NCBI GenBank assembly: GCA_012295275.1
Contig: CM022673.1
Coordinates: 6,510,001 to 6,574,000 of the forward strand
Origin: Chrysomallon squamiferum
Taxonomy: Eukaryota; Animalia; Mollusca
Length of the DNA: 64,000 nucleotides
Direction: 5' to 3'
Shown: one piece after another, positions 25,872 through 38,045 of the stretch
How positions within the stretch are numbered: the first letter of the stretch is position 1
Layout: every line of letters begins with the position of its first letter
Notes under the pieces: model-generated
Told to the model about the DNA's origin: nothing
What the model saw: only the letters and a program-made list of their open reading frames with translations
The model's database searches: none
Position numbers and translations under genes: made by a program

Positions 25872-28348
25872 CTACAATACAAAAATAATTCATGCCTTAA
25901 ACTGTAGTAAACTATTTTTAATATAAAACTGATTCATAATCAATGAATATAATTATTGTTTTAAGTTAAAATGAAATCTTCTCTTTTTAAAGCTTTCTTA
26001 TTCCTCAAAAATTAATAGTCTGCTTCTTTAACTGAGGATCTATAGAAATAAATAGCAATATTCAGGTCAAGTTTAATTCCATGACAAAATACACATACCT
26101 ATAAATTATAATAATCAGACTAATTACTATTAGTTACTTTCTAGAAGATTGCAAAATAATTAATATAAATTTAATATAAAAAAAAACCATCACTATTTTT
26201 TCCCATTTCTAACTTTAATACATTTTTTTAGTTTTTCTCATTCTATTCTCTTTTTTTATCATATTATAATTTTTTTATAAACAGGTTTAAACTGAGAAAG
26301 GACATTTAAGAACTTCTCGGAACAAAATGAATTTGAGGAATATTTTACAAGCACTGTGTAGATTGTATTATAAACCTGGTCTAAGTCTGTGGGTATCAAG
26401 TGTAACATGTCTGCCTGTCCAGCAAGTCTCAACATGGCCAAATAGACTGTGTAGCGAACTGGAGACATTTCTGGTAGACCATGGAACAGATTATTCAGCC
26501 TGAAAACAAATGAATATAAATTATTAATAAAAAAAATACATTTAAATATGCATCATGTGTAATACCATTAATATACAACAGAATAAAAATCAGACATTTA
26601 ATCAATTTCAAAACATTCTCTTCTTACATAACAGAATGTGATGTTTCCAAAATTTAAGATATTCAGAAGTAATGTTTTAGTTAACAATACATTCAAAATA
26701 TTTATAAACTTCTGTTCTATGATGTTACACCTGTGGTTAAATCCTAGTCTTACCAGGATAGAGGAAGGATATCCTCTTCAAATCGATAAGGTATTCTTTT
26801 TTTATTAACTACAAGGGTTCCCTTGATGGAGTTGAAAACGCAGATCATAATCTTTGACCATGGGATGGAAAATAGACTGGGGCATGAGGAAAAGACATTA
26901 TATCATATAATGCAGCAGCCCTGCACTTTATCAATCTAACATCAGCCTACCCTTTGATTTATTTACTGAAGTAAGTTGAGATGTACTTACAGTTTAATCC
27001 GGTACTCATACGTCTCTCTCCTTTTTCACTCTGACCCGCTTTCATTATCTTCTCACAGAACAGAATTCCTAGACTTTCAACATCGTCTGCAGGCACCAAG
27101 AGAATCAGAGAAATAATCCCATTGAAAACCATTTCAATATCTGAAAGAAAAATAGATGTAGTTCTAATTTATGTTACACAATTTACAGGCTAATGCTGGA
27201 AGATAGGAAAAGTGAACATGAATATTTTTTTATTATCAAGATAAGTTTTGAATTTTCAATAAACTTAAATTTTGTCATTTAAAATTCCCATCAGTGCTAA
27301 ATAATAATAATAATACTAATAATAAATAAATAAGTAAATAAAATAAAAAAAGTAAAATAAAAAATAAAACTGCACATTGTTAACTAAACAGTATTGTTCA
27401 AGAAATCATTAAAACAACTTGAATCTGCATTCATTTAAAATGAATTAAACCATTACTCTTGAATTAACTTTTACTATGGCATAATAATTATGAACTTTAT
27501 TTAGTGTAAAGTGTTTAAAAATGCTTGCCTGTCTCACTAATCGCTTCCTTCCAACATATTGTACTGGCTTCCACAATATTTTTTAAATCTGTTAAAATTC
27601 CATGTTCTGAATTTTCTTCTGATATTTCTGCACCTAGAGATTTGAGATAACAACGAAGCTCCGATGTCTGAAAAGATATATTTGTAAAATCTATCTGCTG
27701 TGCATGTTTTATTTCACTAACAGTTTTATTTTCATTTTCATAATTTTATATCAAATGAATGATTATGTCACCAAATTTATCTTATTAAAAAATATTATTT
27801 TTATATGTTCATGGATACACATTTGTTTCCACATGGCTGGAATTTGGTGTTGATTAATGAATTACCAGCATGTGATAATTTTCTATAGATGTGATAATTT
27901 AAATAATAGTCAATTTTCAAATTAAGATATGATAAAAATATTTGTTCATTTTTACTGTCATTTTTTGTTCTGATCGTTAAAATGTTATTTCCAATGAAAT
28001 AATGACAATAACTTTCATGAAAATAAAAGCATATTACATAATATACTACTGAATAAATATTCCCTAAAATTTAAGCTACGCTTATATAATTAATAAAAAA
28101 AATAAAAAATGCTTTGTGATACAGTATTTACATAGTTTAGGTATTACAAAATTGAAAGATGGACCGGTTTCGACAACAGAACCCACGTGTCTAAGCCATA
28201 TGGATTTGTTACTAATAGTTTCATGCTGTTTGTGATATATTTAGTAAAATCTGCATATGTTGATGGAAAAATGTTGTAAAATACTTTATAATCACACCTG
28301 ATCAGATTCAGCAATGTCTATGAAAACGGGAGTTGACATCTCAACCAT
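22462..28348 (-). CDS. EIF3M: Eukaryotic translation initiation factor 3 subunit M (PCI domain), complete; exons 28298-28348, 27529-27667, 26991-27140, 26376-26499, 25725-25819, 25213-25396, 24648-24729, 22934-23077, 22462-22664
   Basis: Spliced product [38 protein letters not shown]...[23 protein letters not shown]...[15 protein letters not shown]...[11 protein letters not shown]...[12 protein letters not shown] is recognisably eIF3m. Kozak accATGg at 28348. One 1-bp deletion ~27001. Confidence 0.97.
22696..22846 (+). repeat. Direct-repeat copy 2 of the ~150-bp segment (eIF3m intron 8)
   Basis: Near-identical to 21206-21363. Confidence 0.9.
22934..23077 (-). CDS. EIF3M: eIF3m exon 8
   Basis: [27 protein letters not shown]...VEDFVIE|gttagt. 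Confidence 0.95.
24648..24729 (-). CDS. EIF3M: eIF3m exon 7
   Basis: [27 protein letters not shown]|gtaagt. Confidence 0.95.
25213..25396 (-). CDS. EIF3M: eIF3m exon 6
   Basis: [29 protein letters not shown]...[13 protein letters not shown]|gtaaga. Confidence 0.95.
25725..25819 (-). CDS. EIF3M: eIF3m exon 5
   Basis: acag|[31 protein letters not shown]|gtaaat. Confidence 0.93.
26376..26499 (-). CDS. EIF3M: eIF3m exon 4
   Basis: [19 protein letters not shown]...IPTDLDQ|gtttat. Confidence 0.93.
26991..27140 (-). CDS. EIF3M: eIF3m exon 3 (1-bp deletion near 27001)
   Basis: [16 protein letters not shown]...FCEKI...|gtaagt; phase fits exon 4 only if one base is restored (ACC CGG ATT AAA CT). 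Confidence 0.9.
27529..27667 (-). CDS. EIF3M: eIF3m exon 2 (probable GC donor)
   Basis: ttttcag|ACA TCG GAG...GAG ACA G|gcaagc; [23 protein letters not shown]. Confidence 0.9.
28298..28348 (-). CDS. EIF3M: eIF3m exon 1
   Basis: [17 protein letters not shown]|gtgtga; a second in-frame ATG at 28339 aligns with the vertebrate start. Confidence 0.9.
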
Positions 28349-28700
28349 GGTGAAAGATCTTTTGTAAATGGCGATTTACCGATTCCTTAAGCTGTTACGC
28401 CGCTCCGATTTTAACACGAAATAAATACATTAACTTCATACTAGTCTATTGGCAATAAACTGTACACACCCATTGGATATAATCAGACCAATAACGGTTC
28501 CTGATACATTGGCAGGTGCCTGCTTCAGTGTAAGACGCGCGTTCACGTGTTTCCTTGTGCTTGCAACATTGCCTATAACCGGTTGCATCACAATTGTTTC
28601 GTTTTCGCTTTCTAAGTCCGGTTTATTTGGTATAAATAGTGACTGCACGGATTTGTCATCAGACGCAGTTTTCGCAGATCCAGCTATAGAAGTTACCAGC
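28349..28700. promoter_or_regulatory. Bidirectional promoter and 5'UTRs shared by eIF3m and CARS1
   Basis: 352 bp between divergent ATGs; locally CpG-rich. CCAAT boxes at 28448, 28473, 28488 and 28508; E-box CACGTG 28544-28549; YY1-like AAATGGCG 28366-28373. Confidence 0.75.
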
Positions 28701-28716
28701 ATGTCCGATTCAACAA
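28701..28716 (+). CDS. CARS1: Cytoplasmic cysteinyl-tRNA synthetase exon 1
   Basis: agcATG TCC GAT TCA ACA A|gtaagt (MSDST; compare vertebrate MADSS); phase matches the exon at 29780. Confidence 0.7.
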
Positions 28717-29779
28717 GTAAGTAACTTTATTTTTAATTGAAATAGCTTTTAAAGAACTGTCAAGTTTGGTTTACCGAGTTCTGTGTTTTAAATTGAAAGC
28801 AGCATATTGTTCTTTTGTTTGACCACATGTTTCTACTAAAACTTTCTAAAAAGGCGCTTTCATTAAGATGTCAGACGGAGGGTGCTGATTGTCTAACTTA
28901 AAGGAAATTTAAAATATATACTATAATGTAGCATTATCATTATGTTTATCTTCTTTTGGTACACACACGTACAAACAGTGATGTGATGATGTGTCAGCTT
29001 CAGTAACTGTCAGTTTATGAACCGCTAAAACGTTAAAATATTTCTTTTTGCAACGTTTCAAACAAGTTACTTCATGAAATATTTCCTGATAAAAGTTCCT
29101 TGTTTCAAGTTCCTGATTCTGTCTTAGTGTCTAAACACAAAAAGGAGATGATTTTTTTTATATCTCAGATTGTTTACTAAAGAAATAAAGAAAAAATAAT
29201 GACCAAATTTAGAAATTAATATTTATTATTATTATAAAATGAAACATTTAAATATTTTAATTAATTTCTTTCAAAGAAAATAAAGTTGACAGAATAGTTT
29301 GAACTCAAAAGTTAAGTCTAAAGAAAACACTATATTTAGAACTTCCTTCAGTATAATTGTTCTTTTAAACATGACCATTGATGAAATATTTTGCTACATA
29401 AAACAATTCTTGGGTTTTAGTAACAACACACTCAACATGCTGTTATGAAACAGACAGGATATATCGGTGATAGATCCTAGTGATTTACTGATGTACAGTG
29501 AAACATTCAAAGATGACTTTTAAAATTTTGTTTCAATTCCTGCTATTGCTCAGTGGCATGGAAAATCAAAGAATTTCTTTAATTTGGTGATAATATTAAT
29601 ACACCAAAAAAATTATATACCTATTGTATTATTTCATCTTTAATACTGAAATTATGAAACCCACTAGATATTATTTCCTTATTGTTATTTTTATTTATTT
29701 ATTTATTTATTTATGATTATTATTATTATTTCTTAGATCTCTTCTCTAGACCGTTGATCTACAAATTTGTTATTTCCAG

Positions 29780-29872
29780 GTAAGACCAAGAGAACCCAGC
29801 CCTCCATGGATGCCACCCACAGGCAGCAGAGAAACCAAACTGAAGTTGTACAACAGTTTGACCAGGCAGAAG
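29780..29872 (+). CDS. CARS1: Cytoplasmic cysteinyl-tRNA synthetase exon 2 (1-bp insertion in C-run ~29800)
   Basis: tttccag|...AAG|gtaaga; corrected reading SKTKRTQPPWMPPTGSRETKLKLYNSLTRQK matches the CysRS N-terminal QPxWxPP...LxLYNSLTRxK motif. Confidence 0.85.
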
Positions 29873-31416
29873 GTAAGATCTCAAATTAATATCGGATCAG
29901 TTTTAAGAACAGTTTGTACTCTTGAGAATCAGTTGCAGAGCTTTATTTGACCATTATTTTTATATGAATCACAGTTTCCTTTAACATATTAAAAGTTCTG
30001 GGGTCAAGTAGCTCATTCTTCTGTAACTAAAATAAAACACATGCATACTTAAGTGAATTTTGAAACATAGATTAGTGGATTAGAAATTGAAGAATTATTC
30101 GTTTCTAAAGAACTGCATGTAATGGTAGCTCGTTAAAGGATCTTAAAACTGATCCCTGTTCTTGGTAATTTTGTTTATTTATCTTATATTTGTTTGTGTG
30201 TGTTTAAAAAATATTTGATTAATCTTTTTGTTTCTTCTCTGGATTGTTTTACTGGTGTCAGGTGCATAATTTGACATAAATATCTGACATACAGATTGTC
30301 ACAGAAGAAACGTCATGTTACATGTATTAAGCTGCAGATGTCAGCATGTTTAACTCATATCTTTATTTATTTATTTATTTTTACATCACAATACAGGACT
30401 TACCTCAGGGGGAAAAAAAAAATAAGTAAAATAACAAAATATTTATAAAAAATAAGTAAATAAATAAATAAACAACCTTTATTTTAAAACTAATATGATA
30501 ATATCCAGGGCTAAATATATTTGGAATTAGTCATCGCTGTGCTTTTCTAATTTTCCATTTATTTTATGACTAACAGTTGGGTCCTGGAAAACCAGAATTA
30601 GGGAAAACCCACATCTAAATTTAAAAGCATTGCGATCGAAATTTGCAGTGACTCAGTCTTCCGAGAACTTTTGTACTATTGCTAATTGTCAATTCTTACG
30701 TCATGTAGTGTGTTTTATTAACATAGAAGTTAAAACATTTTAATTTTTAAATTGTGCATTTATTAGTTTTTAATAATATGTTTTGCTGTGTATGTTAGAA
30801 TGAAAATGACAGACTGGATTTATATAGTTCTTAATATTTATTAATATTTGTAGATTTTCTTTATTCTTTTTAATTTTTTTTTTTTTAATTATTATTTTTT
30901 TTTAATTGCTTTAGATAGATAATTACGTAATTATTATTGCCAATCAAACTAATTAGAAAAACAAAAATAATTATTTTGTAAAAACTGAAATTTCTAACAA
31001 TGGTATGTAAAGTTACTTACTTAACTATTAACATTTATAAGTAAATACAAGCAAGACTTACAATTAAACTTGCATTTGATACTAATTATTTCAAAACTCA
31101 TTTATTAAATAAACAGTAGTTTATATTATTAATAATTTTATGCATACCTGTCTTAAACAATTGACAATTATGTTTATAATTATTGAAATTAATTTCAATA
31201 TAATTAATTAATTAATAAATCATATGTAAATAATTTACAAAGGCTACTCCTAACTAGTAATTTTGATTTTCTTTAAAAAAAAATATTTTTTTTATTAAAA
31301 ACAAAAGTAATAACTGCTTCAGTATTGATTTCCTTTTCATATTTATGAGTTGTCTCTCTTAGACCACTTTTGAAAACTACCATTTTTTTCTAATTAATTA
31401 TTATTATTTTCATTAA

Positions 31417-31451
<35 letters not shown>

Positions 31452-31744
31452 TATGGTTTCATGATATTAAAAATACATTTTTATCTTTCTAATAAGTTCA
31501 TTGAAATTATATTAAGATATATTTAAATTAGCATTTAGTAGCTATATGTGTATTACTTTATATTTAAATTTAAGTTTATCTGTACTCTTCTTTTCATCAA
31601 AGTGGCATCATTATGATCTTTTTTTACAAGCAGTGTTAATTAAATTTCACCAATTTTAAATATGTGTGAAGTACAATTTATTTACAGTTTATTTCTGATA
31701 ATATTAAATCAAATATGAATGTGAATATACTAAAAATATATAAA

Positions 31745-31798
<54 letters not shown>

Positions 31799-34700
31799 TA
31801 GTATAATTTTGAATTTCATCATTAGAAATTTGCAAAGATTGTTTTTCATGTGGTGTTTTAACTTGCCTGATTCAAGTTACTGAAATAATAGTACTCAAGG
31901 CAAACTAAAATAAAACAAACTGGTTTCTTTGTTTTTCTTTAAATAATAATTTATATGCCATAGACTTGTTTATTTTTGTAATTTTACCCCATTTTGAGTT
32001 TTTTAATGCAGTGTCCTGTGTATTTTTAAATTATCATGTAACTGTCTTGGCTTTTTATTAATCAATTAATTCATTAATTGTTTGCTATTATTATTATATA
32101 CATACTCATAATTATACTGTATTTTTTCTTTGTATAAAATTAAAAGTTTATAATAATGATGTGTGTTTGTCATGTGTATGCGTAATTGTATGTTTTTGTA
32201 TGTATGTATGTATGTTTATGATTTTATATGTGTATATGTATCCAAAATGGAAACCACATAGTCACAAACTGAGCACTTTGAAAAATTTCATTATAAATAT
32301 TTTATGTTTATTTTCTCACTTTACTGTATACATTATATTTATCTGGAAATCTAAATATATGGAGCACGTCACTTTATGGACCATACACCACTGCGCTCCT
32401 TGATATATATGTACATCAATATTCTGTACACCAGTTACCTGGGCATTATGCATTTTTTTCTACTGGGTTCATCATTATTACCTGTTTCATCTTGCCACGT
32501 AATCAATAGCTTGTTCTTGTGGGTATACAGATATATACTCACTAGATCGCATCTTTTTCCGTTTGTCATTAGAGCCGTGTTCAATAATTCACATTGTTCA
32601 AAGCTTTGATCAGCGAGTTTCAAAGAAGCACTGAGCAGATAAAAGAGGATATTCAGTAATAAAACTCATATTTTTCGGATTAGAAGCAGTTTATTGCTCG
32701 GTGTTCGGATATATGGTCGTAGTGGGAATGTACCCCACAAGACAACGCCGTGTCGGTGATGTTGATGATAACAGTGTGTATGTTGTGTCTTTGGGTGTGC
32801 ATAATTTACTTGGTCACTTTTATATGCCGTATAAAATGCACACAATATTGAGATTTATACCAAGTCGATTATTTTTGGTTTTATTCGACTGTGACATTTT
32901 GATATGTGTTATGTGTGTGAGATTATTAAGATTTATTTATGAAAATTTTACGTAATTCTGTGTGCAGATCAGATTATAAAATCTGACTTATTCCCTTTTC
33001 ACCTTTGTTTTTTCTTTCTTTCTATTATTTCTTTTTCTTTCGTTTACTTGTCTACTTCCCTTCTTTTCCCATACGTTTTTTTTGTTTTCACTCTTTCTGT
33101 ATTTCTCTTTGCTTCTGTTTCCATGGGTTTTTTCTTTTCTCTAAAAGATTGAGTTATTTTGCTAGAAGATCTCCCACACATGTTTTTATTTCCTATTTTT
33201 ATTTTATTTTTTATTATATTAAAGCCAAGAACGAGAAACACAGAAAGAAGTGATGAGTTGCAATATCTTTCCTGTTCAGTACACCCAGCAGACTCATTTC
33301 TGTACCAACCACTGTCCCATGACTGGTATTTCAACCATCAAGTTGTTGTTAACTGGGGTACCATTAAACAAACAAACGTTTTAAGATGAACATAGATAAC
33401 AATGTGTTTAATCATGAAAATGGACCATTTAATTTTTATAAGATCATCAGCTAGATAGTAATATAAATTGCTGTAATAAGTTGTTTAATTTTTTATTTTT
33501 ATTACACTAAATCATTGCCACGGATCCAGAGACTGTTGATTGTCATGAAATAGTATCTTGTCATCGATTGGTTTTGATCAGCCAATCAGATTCTCTGAGA
33601 CAAACCAGAGTTGTCAGGTGAAGCATTTATGAAGGTGTTTATTGGATGGCAAGAAATATTACAAACACAGATTACATTTATTTCATTTTTTCCCTTTCAG
33701 TGGAGGCTTTATAAGTTTATACCTATGAATAGATGCAAATAAAAATTTCTTTTCCAACATTAGAATAATTATAATGGAGTTTTTCATCCATATTGCCATT
33801 ATAATATAGTTTATTAATCTCTTATTTAAAGTTATGAAATTAACCCCAAAAAACAAATCTGCATCAGAAATTTAAATGTCCTCGTAGGGTAAATGTGTTT
33901 ATGATTGGTTCACATGAATGTATAAATAATAATTATTATCAAAAATGTATAGCAAATCTAAATAGTTTTTGTATTTTGAGTTGCTCATCTGTTAATATGA
34001 AAATACATTTATGTACATTATTTATCATGTAAGTCTTTCATTAATCCATTATTAATTGTTTATTTTCATATTGGTTATCATTAAATAATTAAATTCAATA
34101 ATACAAAAACATTATATGATAATATAGTTTAAAAAAAAAACACAAAACAACATAGAGTATACATTGCAAACATGTTTTAAATTTTATTTATCAGTATGTA
34201 ATATAAATATATTTACATAAATCAGCGTTGATTTTGGTGACACTGGCACACACATATTAAGATTAAATGGAGCTACTAATGAAATTGTTAATAGTAGTAG
34301 TAGTTGTAGTAAAAGTGATCTCCTTGCAGGTCTAAACTTTGGTGACAGCCAATTACATTGTTCCATACATCCAGATATGCCATCAGGTAAAACTGATGTG
34401 AAACACTTGTCCATTGGTCAACTAATTATAGTAAATGTCTTAAGAAAACTCAGAAGCTATTGGTTACAATGAATTGAAACAGCCAATTATATCGGTTAAA
34501 AGTAAAACAAAAACACATTTTATACAGAACACACTTCTTCAATGAACAGTTAGAAATACTAAATTTAAATAAAAGTAAAAATATTCTGGTTTTTATTAAA
34601 AGCACTTACAGAAAAATAAAATAAAAGGTAAACAGCAAAGTTTATGATTTAGTCTTGTTTGGTTCTCTGATTGAAGAATACCTTAATGGAGAAACCTTTT

Positions 34701-37700
34701 GATATTTATAATGTTTTATAAAGTGCATGAGTGTATATGTGTAGGTATGTATATAATGCAGGTATGTTTTTATTTATTTATTTATTTATTTTATTAACAT
34801 TTTTTCTTAATGGTAAAAAAAAATAATAATAATAATAATTTTTGTATTATTATATGTAAACATATGTCAGTGTTTAATTCACAAACTGAACTGACTTTGG
34901 ATTTACTTCATTCCTGTCACAAAATTATTTCATCCCAGCAGCCCTACAATATTCAGCTCATTGATTTTTGCCATTTAATAGGCATGTGAACTGTGAACTT
35001 AGTTCACAGAATAATATTAATACTTAAGAGCATTCTCATTAATATTTATAAGTTTTATTAAAAGTAATAAGATCAGTTGTTGAAATGATTAAATGATGTA
35101 TTTTTTTTTTTTTTTTCTGACTAAATTCCTAAGCACAATACATAATGAAATATATGTCGTTTAAAATTTCAAGAAACTTTTTATATTATTATTATTATTA
35201 TTATTTTTAAATATGTATATTGAAATCTGGTGTGTGTGTGTGTGTATGTGTTTGTATTGTATTGTACTGTATATTGTATTGTATTGTGTTATATTATATT
35301 TTTAATTTAAACATTTTTTAAATTTATATTTTTTTTTTTATCATCAATTTAAAATTATCATGATGTCATTGTGACTGTTTTCAGTCAGTATTGTTAAACA
35401 AATGATATGATTGTACTGTTTTAAAAATCTTCATTATAAGCAAAACAAGAAACCTTTTGTGACTGGTGGAAAAAAAACCTCTTATCTCAAACTAACATAT
35501 GGGGGATTTTTCAAACAAAAATAAATATGATTTTAAAATAATAATAACAAACAATAAAAAGTGCATGCAAGACTTTAAGCAGGGGAGAAAACATCTGACA
35601 TGGAAACACATTCCATTTCTTGTTATATGTAAGGCTACATGTACATAAAGCATATATACACAAACATTATTATATATGTACAGTTTTTATATACATTTAT
35701 ATATTTACAATATAGACACCTAGATCAGTGCTATTTGTTTGTATAAATAGCCATTTTTGACAAAAACATTTCAAATTGTTCTTTTTTATTTTCAGTTTCA
35801 CATTCTTCCATATTTTTTTTTTTTTTAGTCTCACAGTTTCCATTCTCACTTCTATAATTACTTTTTTTTATTTTTGATACATGCTCTCCCCATTCTTTCA
35901 CATTTTTAAGTCACTCATTCTTCCATTTTTTCAATCTTTATTCCCATTCATCCTCCTCATTCATTCATTTTAACATATGATAACATGTTTATTTTAACAT
36001 GCATGCATGTTATCACTGTATTTAAACTACAAGTATCAGTGATACAATATTTATATTTTTACATTGTGTGGCACATTATGAAGCAAAGAAAGGCATCCAA
36101 CATAACAAAGTGTGTTATTTATACAGTTGTAAACACTACATTCAAATATTAATTAAAAAAAAAAAAAATAATAATATAAATTACAAATATAAGATGAAAG
36201 AATAACTATGAGGAATTGTAGGCAGACATCCATAAAGTATATGTGACCCTACATATTAAATGAAGTCTTAAGTCACAGTGCTGATTTTTTGAGCTAATAT
36301 TAAAAAATGTCTAGCAATCAAAATTAAATACAAGACTGTGTCAGTGTTTAGAATAGGTGTACAATTTTGGTATCAACATCATGAATGTAAATATTCAGTT
36401 TTTAAGGACATTTTCATGTTATTTTTCCTTTTCTTTTAATTAAAATAATCTCAAAATAAGGAGTTTCGAAATTAACTTTGAACTAGTCAGTCATAGAAGC
36501 TGTGGACATGAGAGTGATATCAAAATGAAGCTTATGACATAAAGAATGTAAATATTTACATTATACAGTACTGCAAATGTGTGGATTGATACCTAATTTT
36601 ATATGCAGTATCATGTACAAGCATTCAGTTTGAGATTTTCTAATCCCTATTCCCCATTTTTCTTATTTTGCGTTTAATGCCTATTTTATCATAGGTCTCA
36701 AACTTTATGGATGGCCCCTAATGATTTATAATATGAAAAAACCACTTTATTATTTCTTTTAATAATACATTTTATTTGTGGTAACAGCAGTAGTATTTGT
36801 TGAATAACAATAACAAAAAAATAAAAAATTAAGGTGTATTTAATAATAAATTACTCTTTTGAAAGCAAGAAAAAAAATGTGTTCTCGTTAGCAGTACCTT
36901 TCAGGGTTTCTTGACATTTGTTTATTTCAGTGAATTAATTTAGAAATTTAATTTACTTCTTTATATTTTATTTAAATTTTAAATTAAAAGTAAACCCATA
37001 AAAACTTTGTTTGATTTAATGGAAATAACCAAAGAAAACAAAATTAAAAAAATAAATAAATAGATTTTTAGTTTGAAATGTCTAAAATTAAAAATAATAA
37101 ATATTCAAATAATCAACTGCTATTTAGAGGTAAAAAAAGAATTTTTTAGCACTTTTTAAAAACTTGATATGTATTAAATGGAGTCCTTTCCCCATTTTTG
37201 TGTATAATACATTTTTATTTACAATCAGAAACAATATGACATAGTGCACCAATTGCTGGTGTTAAAGCTTGCATTTTACATACAAAGTATACACACAGTA
37301 TATAGACAGCATACATAACAGTATGTATACAGTAATATGTGTGTATAGTATGTATATGGGTATACTAGTATAATATATATATATATATGTTTCATTAGTA
37401 TAACCCTATACATATTATTTTGTATATTATTTTGTACAAATAATTATGTGACATGATTTATTAACCAAGCATAACAGTAATCAACATATAGACAATCTTA
37501 TCCTTAATTAATCTGACAATGTTCACTGATGTTTCCTGTAATTTTATATATAAATATTTAAATAATTTCTTAAGAAAATGTAGTACTATTTTTTTTTATA
37601 ACAGAAATTTTATTTTTACATTTTCTTTATTTGTTTTTATTTTATTTATCATTTAAAAAAAAAAAAAAAAAAATTGGAATTTTTTTATCATTTCCTTATT

Positions 37701-38045
37701 TTTCAAACATTTATTTTAAAAAGGGTAAGAATTTCTATATTCCTGATAATAAAATGAACATGATAGTGTTAAGGCAAAAATTTAAAGGTGCTGTCATGCA
37801 GAATAATTTACTTAACAAAAAACTAAAATTTTTATATGTACTTTAATTTTTTTAATCAACTCAGTTTTGACTGTTATAATAACAAGTAATAATACCAAAT
37901 TTAATAAATTAAAAGGAAAAAATGTATTTACAGAAATGGTTCTTGCAAATCATTCTGTATGACAACACCCCTAAAACCACACTGATATCACAAATGGACC
38001 AACAAAGAATACATGTATATATAAAGAACGTGATATTTATTTTTC

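Noticed and set aside
28436-28724. Two overlapping ~90-aa ORFs in the eIF3m-CARS1 interval
   Set aside because: They start at non-ATG codons, lie over promoter and 5'UTR sequence and resemble nothing; only the last codons of the + ORF coincide with CARS1 exon 1.
32435-32623. ORF fragment with KRCDLV resembling a YqaJ-type transposon nuclease
   Set aside because: Too short, and the other nuclease motifs are absent.
34330-34386. Possible 57-bp plus-strand exon (ttgcag|...TCAG|gtaaaa) in the CARS1 intron
   Set aside because: Weak pyrimidine tract, no CysRS similarity, and an immediate stop in the CARS1 phase; such site pairs occur by chance. A poison exon cannot be supported without RNA data.
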